Assembly: GCA_036172245.1 (NCBI GenBank)
Contig: JAYWIR010000015.1
Coordinates: 1,984,001 to 2,048,000 of the forward strand
Direction: 5' to 3'
Length of the DNA: 64,000 nt
Source of the DNA: Raillietiella orientalis
Taxonomy: Eukaryota
The number at the start of each line of letters is the position of its first letter. Within the stretch, counting starts at the first letter, position 1. Below are positions 42,901-55,900 of this stretch, one piece after another. The position numbers and the translations under genes were made by a program. The notes under the pieces are model-generated. The model was not told the origin of the DNA. It saw only the letters and a list, made by a program, of their open reading frames with translations, and ran no database searches.

Positions 42901-45900
42901 CCACAAATTACAAGAAAAGGGAAAATGAGAAAAGCACAAGGAAAGTGGGTCTCGTTTCCAAAAGATTATGAAAAATTTTGGAACAAGCCCTCTTGTTTCC
43001 TCTTGTTCGACGGCAGTCCGAAATTGCCGTCAGACGAAGTTTTCAGGGAATGGCGATAATTGATATTCGGGAAATTCCAAAAGATGCTAAAACCAAACGC
43101 TGATTGAAACGCATGGTACCCAAACAAAAGAGAGGACCGGCAAGCAACCTGAGGATTCCGCAGACGCTGCAGCAATTTGCAACGCATCCTTGAAGGAGCC
43201 GAAAAAGCCACGCGCTCGGGCAGAATTACTGTTTTCTTGTGTGTGCGAGAAGACGAGCTCAGCACCCTCCACCTCGAACCAGCAGTGGTTTTGGCGTATT
43301 CCGGCTTTGACTTTTACAGAAGAGCACACATTAATTGATTTTTTGTCCTGGTCTGAAAGAAATGGAAAGATGGGGAAGAAGTGAAAGCTCTCATTGGAAA
43401 TGGAACCATTCTCATCAATAATCCTTTCCCAAGCAGGCAAGTGCATATTTCAGAGGCCAGACCTCACATTTTCCTAGGTGCCAGGATGATGCTCAAACAC
43501 TTTGTTCTGCATTTCGCCTTGAACTCGGTTATTTGTAAGACAAACAGTACAAGACACGAGCGAATGGATCTTAAAGCATGAGTGTGGCAGATTTTCCAAC
43601 AGCGATACGTGAAGGGACCACAGATGAAGATGACGCCCAAGATGCGAAGCTGAAGACGTCTATTATTAACGAAACAAGTGCTTAAACTTGAGTTTCATAA
43701 GAAAATAAAGATGCATAGATTGCTTTAGCGTGTCATCTTTCGAGGAAACAATGAATCACTGTGAGATGGCTGTAAGTCTTTGGTGAAAGATCAGATATGA
43801 GGGGAGACCTGAAAAAATAAATTTGCAAGAACCCTCGGAAGATATGTGCAACCGCAGCATGGAAACTAAAAAGTCATTCTAAATAAAGTTATTTTGCTTC
43901 AAGATAGTCTTTTTCCCCGATGAACAGAAAGAAGGAGAAGGCCCTCACTAGAGAATACATGACCCAGATGATAGCAGGCAGAGATTTTCATCTTCATCTA
44001 ATCTTCCACTTCACAATTAATTTTGAAATGATTTTCGTGTCCGTGATTTTTGATAGAGAACCAGTAAAAGCCGCCAATAAATTAGGGAACTTAATCAGCA
44101 ACCATTGCTCAAACTGGGTCCCAAGCTAGATTGCCATTACAAGCACTGAAGTGATGCCTCACGAGATAAAGAGGCATCTTTGCTTCCTTTCAACTTTTGG
44201 AACCATTCCCCGCTTATTTTAGTTTATTGCAGTTGTGAAATTGTGTGTCACAGAACCAGAAACTTGAAAGTCATGACAACAGCCTGCAATGCCTCGGAAT
44301 CTCGCTGGATTTCCCTAACTGAGAAACGAAGTGGCTTCACGTGCCGCAGCTGTTATCCTTCTTTTAGACTCTTTTTGTGTTGCCTGCGCATTACAGAGCC
44401 ATGCAGAATGTTTGCAAAGAAGGGCTTTCGCTCCGGACACGATGCCCACATGCTGCACGTATCTGTCCAATCTCTACAATGTTTGCCATGTATACGCAAA
44501 CAGATACACGGATGCAAATGCATATGCAATGTGTGCACGTAAAGGCAAACGAATCGATTCCGAAGGAAATGAAGGAGCATCTATTTTGATGCAGATTACT
44601 TGACTGGAGCAGAATTCTGATGCTGAGGTTCGGAATTTAAAAGGGAAAACAGGAACGGGAGTAGCTGCTCTCGCTCGCGGTTTATTGAAAATGGTACATG
44701 TATTATTTTTTTCATTAGAGGGAAGCTACGAAACAGAGGTACTGTTTGAGTGTGCTGAGCTGACAACCGTAAGTTCCTCCCAGCATCCACTAAGCAAATA
44801 CATGTCTGAGAGAAGCACGGTTGAACACGATGTTTAGGGTGGTAGAACCTTCGCACGCTTCGATCGATATTATAGAGAATGCACTCCTCTAGAACATCCA
44901 CATGGAAGGGAGTTTACTCCAGCCAAAGACAGTGTCTCAATTTGCACTGGTATGAATCCAGTGCAAATTGAGACCGCTTGATTTTTTGGATAGCGAACAT
45001 CAGATCTGGGTGTTTCCGTATGGACCGTCGACACAAATAAAACAAAACGTTCAAAATGGACTTTGGCGGTGCACATTCTGTGGAGAAAAGTCTCTTTCCC
45101 TGATTTCTCGCTCGAAACTCTCACGACCGTTAGGCGATGCAGGTAAAACCTTCCGAAGATAACAACCGCGATGCCCTTGCAAATTAGAAACAGAATTAGA
45201 AACGACGTCGTTTTGAAGAAAACGGGAAATGCCGAAGTAAAGTACCTTCCATCTCAAAGTAAGAACGCATCGAAAGATGCCAACTTGGGTGGGATATGAC
45301 TGTCGCCACGCTGTCTTTCCGTGTGTTTATAAGTTCCTAGCAACGCCAGAGGGTCGCAGCCTCTGATTTCATGTTCCACGCCGCACACCCTGCTCTCCAC
45401 ATCGCGAATGGTGGTCAGTTCCCAAGAAGGCTTTTCTCCTTCCTTTCCCACTTCTTGTTGATGAAAAATGGCCGAAGGTGCTGCTCGTGACGTAGCAGTA
45501 CTGCCGGACGTTGTCGGAGATTCTTGTAGAATTGAATATTGCAGACTGGTTCCTGTGTAGAATGAAAGTTTCGCTCTTCTATCAAAGTTGTTCCAAAAAT
45601 TATGATTTGCCCTCTTCTCATGTGCTATGATCTGACTGCTGACCTGTCTGTAGTCAAATCATAGCAATATGTCCGAGAAACCGTTTCGTGTAACAGTTTC
45701 TCAGGCAAGTCAGGGATAATAGCGAAAGAGTTAATAAGCTGAATAAAATTTTCTATTTACACGTATGCATTGTATTTGCATTTGCGTGTATTTATATGAT
45801 TATGTGCATTATAAACTTTATACGGATAGGCAGATATAGAGACAGACAAAGATTGAGGAACACGTGCCCTTCCTATGATGAAGGAAAAGACACGTAATGG

Positions 45901-48900
45901 TCAATTCCTGGGTGTACATCAAGTGTTCCACAGATGAGCTCTTCATTCAAACAAAGAGAAAGTAAGATTGAATCTATCAGTGCGTGCTCTCACTTGAAAG
46001 GGTGGTTGGATCCATAATCCATGTGGATATTTCCACCGAGAAATTGCGGGGAGATTAATCCGCGGTCACCTGGAAGGGGTTCAAATGGACTCTTTGGGAG
46101 TGATTCTCTCTAGCAAGTTCCGATTAACCCAAACGCAGCATTCTGCCCACCTCCCTCGTCGCAGATACCTGGGTTCCCATTTTAACGCGTGCTTACAGAG
46201 TCTGCAATGGAAAGCATCATTTTGAGAAGTGATTTCCTCAAGTGTCATTTTAGGCTGTGGTGTTCATCTGCTTGGAGAAACATCTCTTGGAGTGACTTGA
46301 GTGAGAACCTTCGAGTCGAAAACTATTGTGCTCGATTACCACCCAAACCTCCGGTGAGCCTCACCGATGAGAGATCAAAGGACACACGCGCACACACCAG
46401 TGAGGGAAATGAAGCAGCGCTTGGTGCAGACTATGCGGAAGTGCACGAAAGAATTAGCACGTTTTGCTTCGACCGCCACGATGCATTACTACCAAGTAAA
46501 TTCGGGACGCATGGAAGGCGCATGAGGTTCAGCGACCACACCCAAAGAGCTCTATGAGAACGGAATTGGGACCTATGTGGATGTAGATTACAACAAGAAC
46601 CTTAATTGGGATAAAGAATCGCTTGGGATGCTGGCCCTCCGGTCAAGCAATATATGTTAGCCTGATTTATCATTAGTCTGCACCCGTGTACGTGTGTGTG
46701 TGTTTTTTTTTTTTTTTTCTCCAGTTTTTAAAAATTTTTCAAATAAATGTCTGTACCCTACGTTGAGAAAGAGTACAGCAAAATAAATTCCCAACTAATT
46801 TTTTCCGATGTATGAAATGATGTTGATGTATGAAAATTCCACAGCACAAATCCGACAAAAATCTCAGTTTGCTTTAGCGATAGTAAGAAAGGCACAGATA
46901 AAGTTTTTTGACTTGTTGCTGCCCCGAGCCCCAGCACGACCTGCTCGTTTCTTAGCACGAATAGAAAGGTTCCTCCTATCTGGAGGGAGACGAGGCTGAG
47001 AGAAAGAAATATGGAAACTGCCAGTGCTCCTTGGCGATTCAAATACATCAAAATCGCGATGCCGCAGCAGCGTCGATCCAAGGAAAAGATGCAGAAATGT
47101 GAAAACTCGGCAGAAAATCCCTCTGGATCTTTACTTGAAACCGAGGAGAGGAATTTCTCCAAAAGCGCTGGGCTTTAAGGGGACAATTTAAAATATACTC
47201 TTAAAGCTCAGCTGAGGAAGACACAGCTCCTCATGAAAAGTCCTTAGAAAGAGATCTACTGCGAACTTTTCATACTGTTAGATCGCGATCTGTACAAAGC
47301 ATCATCAAATTTGGGTCCGGAATGTTGATTGGTCACAGGCATACCAAAAGTGCAGTAGGAAAGAAGCAAGTCAAGAGACTGCAGAGTTGATTCTGATTAA
47401 TCGTCGAGGCCGAGGGATATCAGTTCAAAGCTTCATGGAACTCTGAAGAGGAGCCAGGAAAGAGCACAGCTTTAACGCAGACACAAGTCAGATCATTTCT
47501 GTTTCTGATGCACACATCAGACTCCACTTCTCAATTGATGAATACGAGCCCTATGGATTACACGTGGATAATAAAATGGTGCTTGTAAAAGGCACAAAGC
47601 GTATCTTAAATGCTATTACAGCAGAACATCCACTGTTTCTCTCGAAGATGAAAAGAGAACAACTAAAGTGTTGATTTGTTATTCAATGTGAAAAAAAAGG
47701 AGGCCTTTAGAGTTTGGTCGATATTTAATGAATTTGAACCGCTCTGTGGTTTCGGCGCTCTACAGTTTCGTTCTTGTTGATGAAGATGCACTTTTTGCGC
47801 TATCATATCCAAGGAAACATCAATGAAACAGACTCGAACCGCGTGTTCGTGTTCTGTTTCAGAACAACAGGGCTGGCTCTACACCACGAAATTAAAATGT
47901 GTCCATCGTGTCGTACGGAGCTGATGCACCGCGTTGTACGAGGACTGCTCCCACATTTTCGCCGCGTTGTGCAGAAGTTTGCTGTACCAGAAAACCCTTG
48001 CTACGTTGCTCCTGGAGACAGGAGATCAAACTGCGGAAACAAGACGTTCCTACAGGATCAGCAGTCTCGATAGATTTCCTGCGCGCCTTGAGATGTTGAA
48101 TAACACAGTCAGCAAAGTATCAAGCATGAGAAAACGAAGGACGGTGTTCAGCAATCGTTCAAGTCAAAGGTTGTATGAATGTGCTCAGTGCCTGCAGCTT
48201 CCTCTCGACAGTATCCTCCAAAACGAAACATCTCCCTGAAGGAGCTGGATCAAAATGTATCCATTTAAGTCAAGGGAAGTGTTTCTGTAGAAGAGTGAAA
48301 TCTTATCTCTACTATGTATCAGGCACTCTATCCAGGACCATTGCACTGAGATATCTAATGACTCCTACGATACACAGGTGGACTTTTGCGTTCTTCAAAA
48401 ATCCCTGATGTAACGGAGCTGCACATTTTTGGGTGTGCAGATGTGTGTGTGTGCCACTGACTCAACTCCGAGTAGGCCAAGAAACAATCTGAAGGATGCA
48501 GGTGCAGTTACCATTCAATTTACAGTATCGGGAAAACGCACCTCTCGGATCGCTCGAGGTTTGCATAAAATGCACATTAAAGTGACTCCGAATGAGGATA
48601 GATGACCGTCACAACATAGATGTCATTGTTCCAGCCGCTTGGATTCTTAATTTAACATCGGTGTCATCTGGCAACCACGCGCTGACGCCAACTGGCACGG
48701 TGGGGCGGTCAGGCATTCCTCGGTCGCGCGCGAATGGCTGCTGCGTTAGGAATTCAAATTTCTAGGAGGGAAATCGTCACTGCTTGCGACGAGAGCCGGG
48801 TTTGTTTCCAAAATTCTTCTTCTCTCGGAAAACGCGGAGCTGCTGAGAACAATGACCGTTTCCGGACGCAAATAAGACCGAACTACTGGCCATTTTGTCT

Positions 48901-49882
48901 GCAGGCATTCATCATCACCATTCCAAAAAGGGGAAAAAAAGATTTGCATTTTCTGAAGCGGTTTGGAGAGAGTGAGGAAAAACACTTGGCTCTCTGTAGA
49001 GGAAGCATGCAGGATGGGACGAAATGATAGATGATGGGCATCCAAGGATTGTTCCAAAACACAAGAAAAAAATTCACATCAAAGGAGCTGAAACAAATGG
49101 AGGTGCCAGTAAGCAGTCACAACATGTAACGTGCCGTCGATTCTTGGTCCGCCTGCTCCTCAGTCACTTTCCAAAAGAGAAAATGCATTCCTTATGACGT
49201 CCTTCCATAACCTGTCTCGAACATCCACATGCCATGCATCATCCGTGAGAAAAAGGTTTCTTCCGTCACAAGCATTCTCCCAGTGAGACATACCATGAGC
49301 TAAAAGAGTTGCTCCTCTGGTTATGCTGCGCTTATCAAGCAGCGGCAGAGAAGCCCGCACGGTTCCACCCACACATGAGACTGCCATCCAAATAACAACA
49401 CCGCCTTCATGGTAAGCGAAGCAGAGGAGATGTTCTCTTGCGTTGGCATGCTCTCTCTTGGCTTTCTTTCGACAACTTTCACGAGATCGAATTCATGGAT
49501 GCTACGCGGATGAGCGCTCGCTTCGATCTTCATCGGTTTGATTTCGGTATCTGCATCGTCTTGCGGGACAGGGGTGCCAAGTTAATTCGACCACTCGGGA
49601 TTAAGCTACCAAGCCAGCATCACATTTTCACGTAGTGTCGTTTCAGTTGATGGACGCTTTGCAAAAGAAACGCTTACCGCACAGTAACATACATCGCAGC
49701 CTCGTTCCCAGGAAGCACCATCAGCTCTCAAGGTATCATTGATGTAACAGCTTTTTTGGCAATCGCACTGCTCAAGTTCTCCTATCCTCTTCTCTGCACG
49801 GACTACCTTCAATCAGATCTCAAGTTAAATGCTCACTTTTCAGGGATGTGTTTTGATGATCAAGATAATTTTGCATCAACCC

Positions 49883-49917
<35 letters not shown>

Positions 49918-52900
49918 GGCTCCCACCTTTTCTTCGAGAAATTGTAATCTTTTGATGAGCTCAGAAATTGTGGTTCTATACTCCAGGAATTCCTCGCAGG
50001 TTGGGCATTCAGTCTCTGCATGTCGACATCCAGTAAGATATCCATATTTTCCGAATACAAATTTTGCATTCTGAAGTGATCCCTGGACAGAAATCGTATT
50101 TTTTTTTTTTTTTCCTTTCCCTTTCTTAACAGTATGGTAGACTGTTTTACTATTATCTAAGGTCAACACGAGAAAGCACACCGCGGCCCAAAATACCAAA
50201 GCAACGAAAATAATTTGAATATCATTACGACATCTGGTACGGTCCATAAGCCACCTGACTTTCCTAAGTCCCACCCTTCCGCACTTGAAAAGCTTTTGGC
50301 TGTTTCCATTTGACGTAACCTCGACAGCGGCATTATTTTTCGACCACGTCGAGCTCAAGATCAAAATAAGAAAGGACTTTTCTGCAAAGCGCGCTTTCCC
50401 ATAATGCAAGGCACACGTTTCTATGCGCACTAATTGATGGCGCTAATTGCTTTCAATCAGAAGATGGAACACACGCCGGGAGAGCAGACCCGTCCTCTGC
50501 ATGCTTAGGAGATTATTGCGACTGATACTCTTGTTTACAGCGCACTCGAAGTTCCAGGACGCTGAATGGTTCCGGTGATGTTCCATCAACCGACCCCATC
50601 AGAAACGAAAAGCTCACAAAAGGCGCGATCCAGCATCCACTGCCCACGTAACCCGTCTTCGCGAAGCTGCTAAAAGGGATGCGGTCCTGACTCGCAAGCA
50701 AATAATAAGCTTTGTTTATCACCTCTGAGCCTCCAAGACATTAGCAGTCGAGGAACGAATTCAGATGCAGCGGATCCCGATAAAAGAAGCTCCAATCTCG
50801 GAATTTCTGTCGCACGAGATGAATCAAAAGGCATCCAGCACTTTTGCCAGAATGCGATTCATTCTGTAATCCAGAAAGGAAAAAAAGAAAAAAAAAAAAA
50901 AATGAAAGGAAATAGTCGAAGACGCTGTAGCAGATTAGCTGACTCGTTCAGGAAAGGATAGGAACTCGTTTGCTGGTTTGGGTGATCACGGAGATGTGTG
51001 GAAAGAACGCAAACTGACTTGAGTTCACGGAGAGCACGTAAAATTGTGATGGACGGAGGAGAGATTCCGAGTCGATTTGAATCTTCCTTTCCGTACATTT
51101 TAAACTTTAATTCTTTTTTTTTTGGGGGGGGGGAAGGGAGAAGAGGAAGAGGGAGGGGGCAAGCACCTTCCTTCGTGCTACTGAAGACTGTCTACATCCC
51201 TTTCAAGAAATCGGGTAGGAAGAACATAAATTCGTCTTGTCCCCACTTCTAAAACAACGTAGGTTCGAGTTCCAGCCCGCGTGCCTCTGAGAGGCATCTG
51301 CACAATGAGTGCTCGCATTTTCATTTTTCCCGAGTGGGAACTTCTTAGCCAAGCTGGAATGAAAAGAACAGTTTCAATTTCGATAAGTCTTGTGATTCAG
51401 TGCATGCCGACGAAATGAGTTGAACAGGGATACCCTTTCGGTATGGCCTCTAGCTGGCTGCACACCATGTGGGTGGAAAGACCTGTCCCATGAAGCACCA
51501 CGCTTATTCGCCAACTCGTACTTGGTGCACCGAGAAAGACTCATAGCTCGAGCACTGAGTGAAGAGGTGGAGGATAAATCGTCACGATTGCTTTCATCAT
51601 GAAAATTCAAGGAATCACCACCTCGAGCTCAAATTGCGTGGTGCAGGGCACAAAGAGGCAGCAAATGTTTTCAGCCTCGTAGATCTTGCATCGTATTCGG
51701 AATTTCGATTTTCAAATGATCGGATCACGGCAGAAACTGAATAAACTCCAAAAACTCTTCTGTGCACCTCCTTCTTTGATGTTCCTTGTGTAGACTTGAG
51801 TTTAATCTGCTCTTCATATACCCAACACCCTTTCCACTCTGCTATTCAATCCCATAATTTCCAGAGTCAAGTTTACAGTTGATCTTCCGTTATGGGAAAC
51901 ATCATTCGTTACAAGATAACAGTGGTTTTTTTTTCTTTCTTCCTTTTTTTTTTTTTTTTTACAATCTTCGAGCTTCGAGCTACGGGAATCGTTTGTTTGC
52001 ACTTCGGCTCCGAGGTACCATGTCGGCAGAGCGGAGGGACGGACAAAGTATGTGGAATCCAATTGACGGAAAGCATCTCAGGTAAATAGATACTGAAGCA
52101 TCTGCAACAAGTGCAGATGAAGATCATAAAGCACCGTCGTCCGATTTCAATTCATTTCGTGCTCCATCTGGGGCGCTGGCTTGCTTTCCCGAAATCATCA
52201 GAACCAACATCATCAGTCACGAAAGGAAAAAAAAAAAGGAAACAACTTCTGGATTCACTACATAAAATTGCGAGCCTTCATGTCATGACACGTGACATCA
52301 CCGTAAATCATCAGCTGAAATTCCGAGTTTTAAAAATAAAGTGGTTACAAATGACTGCTCAAACAAGAACTGGCGAAATGATACACTGTCTCTGATACAA
52401 CAACTTGTGTTGAGCGGACGCAGCAGAGATCCTGGACCCCATTCGGATTCTTCAGCCTCGGCATTTCCGTGGTATTCCTCAATAAGGCAAAGCTGCTCTG
52501 TCCCCCCCCCCCCCCCATTATGTTCATGGGGCACATGGACGGACGTGTCGGGAATAAAAATAGCCAGACCACAAGAAAGGGAGCAGACCCAAGGGGTTTA
52601 TGAAGCTTCCTTCTTCGTGCCAAGATCAAAGCATCGGATCGAAAACGTTCCGGACCTTTTCCAATCAGCCGAGTGAGCGGGAGCTGCGATCATCGAAGAA
52701 TTCGGCACCACCTGTGACAAAAGGGCACGCCTCGGATCTCATGGATTCGTTGTGGATTTTAGAGAGAACTTCCAATGTGGAAACGGGTTTCAAAGGTTTC
52801 GATCCTCGATGACGTGTTCAAATTAGAATGCCACTGAAATCCCAACAAAACAAATTCCACGGCTGATGAATGACGACATACTGCCTACGAGATTCATTTC

Positions 52901-55900
52901 ACTTTAGGGTCTGATTACTCCACAGGTGACCATTTCTTTCTACGTTTTCCTCCTGAGGCCTCCTCCAAGAGTCGAGATTTATCCCATGTAACAGTTATGA
53001 AGATCTCCATCACGGTTGTTGTTGTGCTTTTTTTCGTGCCCATTTTCATGGTGTGTAAACTGCCAAACGGATGGGAGCTCAGCGTGAGGAATTGAAAGCA
53101 TCTCATGAAAAGGGTCATCTTGTAATGAATTTGTCGCCGAAAAAAAAAAATCACTGCGCTTGATCGCTCCATCCAACATGGATCTTCCCTTTGGTAATGT
53201 GAGCAGGAATACGCGCTTTCCTTCCAAGTGACCGAATTAAAGAGGCCGCAAATTTGCCGGCTCTGTTTCGAACAACCGCCTTCCCATTTTTTCCCCTGTT
53301 TTCTTGCATCCTTTCCTATCATTTGCTTTATCAAAACCATGCTTCCCATTAATTTTTTTTCTTTTTCTTACTTGCTACAGAGTACTGCAGATATCGAAAC
53401 CGCTTTCAAGATTCCTGAAAGAGCACCTACCAAAACAGGGAAAGGGGGAATCACGATTCTGATCTGTCAGATCTTTACGATTTAATCATCTCCAGCATCC
53501 AAAAGCACCATCCAGTGTAGTACTCAGAATGGGGACGCACTATTATCATGTGTTCAGTGGGCCTCAAATGAGGGCCCACGGTTGCGAGGCGCTGCCAGGC
53601 AATTTCAATACGAAATGCGAAATCTCGATGGAAAGACGAAAGGGTTGGGGCTAACCACGAAAGGAACCATCCCCGAAATAATCAGAAGTGGTTCGCGTGT
53701 GCGACTACAGGGGATGGGAGGAGACACTGAAGACACGGCTGCCGAGGAAACGTTCCCGTGCAATAAAGCGGCATCATTGCTTTCGGAATTTTTCAGAGCT
53801 CACTCACGCAGAGAAGCCAGGAGAAAGGCAATCGCGGCTTGGGATGATTCCCAAGAACCTCAAAGCGTGGTGTGTCGAAAAATCTGATCCATATCGCGGA
53901 AATCTTCTTGATCAAAGACGGCGAAAGTTCATTTCGGGCCCATTTTCTAACGAATGTTTGTCGATTAATTAATTTCAGTTGATATTCCGGCGGAATCATC
54001 AGTTCAGTGATTCCGGGCATTTCAATGCGGTCCGCCTGCGATATAGCTCGTGTCCCGGTTCATCACGATTCTCAGAGGATACAGGGTAATGTTTGCATCT
54101 TTCCTTGATGCTCCTGTCAGGAAGCTGCTTGTTTCCAATCATCAGATCTGTCTTCAAATCACACTCGAGGGATGTCTACACTCCTCCCAGCACCAGCGGA
54201 CACGTCAAAGACGACATTCGTCCCGACAAGCTGTAAAGGCGATGCCGGTTGACCCGGAGGTCCAAATCTTGGACATCGACAACCCCGTAAGCCTATTCTC
54301 TGCTGAGTTCGATTCTCGCAGTATGCAACGCAAGTGCCGTTTCTGGATGGTGTTCTTACGCTTCCTGCTACCGACATTTGATGCACCTACATCTTGTACG
54401 TCGTTGTCATTCTCGCATAGAAAGAACGGCCAAAGATATGGAGACCAATGGGGACGAAGAAATGTGACCACAGCCACGGGAAAAGGAAAGTTCTCCTTAC
54501 CCCGTATATCGCGATGGAAACATGGAAGATGGCTGTCGAGGGAAAATTCAGTCCGACTTTAGCTAATGCGATTTTGTTTCTTTGCTGGTTGTCCTTGGTC
54601 ATTTACCAGCCACTGCCGAGTCTCGAATACCACGCGTCAAAGAGATCAGATCGCAGAAGAGATCCGCAACCTCCTCGCAACAAGTCGCGTGCACGTACGT
54701 ATTCGAGGCACCGTCCATGATCTGAATTTCCAAACAAGGAGGCAGAGGAAGAGGAGGAAGGTGAGGGGGAGGAACACGTGATCTCTCTGCACGGAAAGTT
54801 TCGGCTTTTCGGATGGCTTGCGATCCCAGCCGATGTTCCCGAATGCAGTGGGTCTTCGCGCGCGTTCGTGCTCCGATTTTATGCAGGAGACCCGAGGCGA
54901 CCCAGCGACAGGATCTCGGGGGCTGGTTAATCAAGATTCACATTTTCGAGGGACTCCATTCCTTTGCGCAGCGCCAGTTTGGGGATGCCCGAGCTGCAGA
55001 GCACCTTCGCTTCCACTAGAGGAAACGCTTGGATTTGTCGGCATCGCCGGTTGCCACGGGGGAGGGGGGGGGGAAAGGAAGGCTGGAACAAGATCCCTGC
55101 TTCCATGCTCAAGACTACGAAATGGTGCCCACAGCTCAAGTGCGCCAGGATTCGAATTTGCTGCCTGGTGTCGACAGGAGAAAAGGCCGGAGTCCTGCAC
55201 CACATGCCAGAGGTCTCCAAGGCTCAGAGCATCTCGTCTCCCGGCAGGCGGGCTGGAGGCAGTGAAGGGGGAGGGGGAACGTGGAGGCAGATACTCCCAT
55301 CCTACCTGCACGGGACACGTCCTACAGGGCACAGTACCAGAAAATTCTCGAACGGCGCCGAGCAGGCAGAGCCCTCTCGAAGCGGTGGTTGCGCAAGAGT
55401 TCAGAGAGACGACAGGACCCAGGCACGGGGAATCGCGGGGACAGCGAGAACGGCGAGAAGAGAAGATGGAGAACACAGAAGCATCCTTGCACTCTGTTTT
55501 TCCAAAGCATTCTGAGAGAGGACGGAGGAGCGATTCGGGACGGGCGAAGGGAAGCTGCTCAGCGGAACAGGGGACGAGGTGAGTCCAAGAACGCGGGGAC
55601 ACTCGACCATCCCCCGTTTTCGCTCGCTGCAACCTTGAGGAACGACCTGAGGGGGAGGGAGGGCTACGAACGAGTGGGGAAGCGAGACGGGATGGTGAGT
55701 GTCCCTAAGTCAAAGAGTGTGAACAGCTCCCGGAGGCGTCGCTTCTCGATCTTCGCCGTCTTTCTCCTTAAGGCACCTTAAGGCGCGATGCTGTTTCGGG
55801 AGGCAGACGGGGGATCTCTCGTGGATCCAAGAAAGCCAAGAGAAGGGAGAGGAACACGATATAAACCAGAGAAGCTGAAGGGAGCTGGGAAAAAAAAAGA

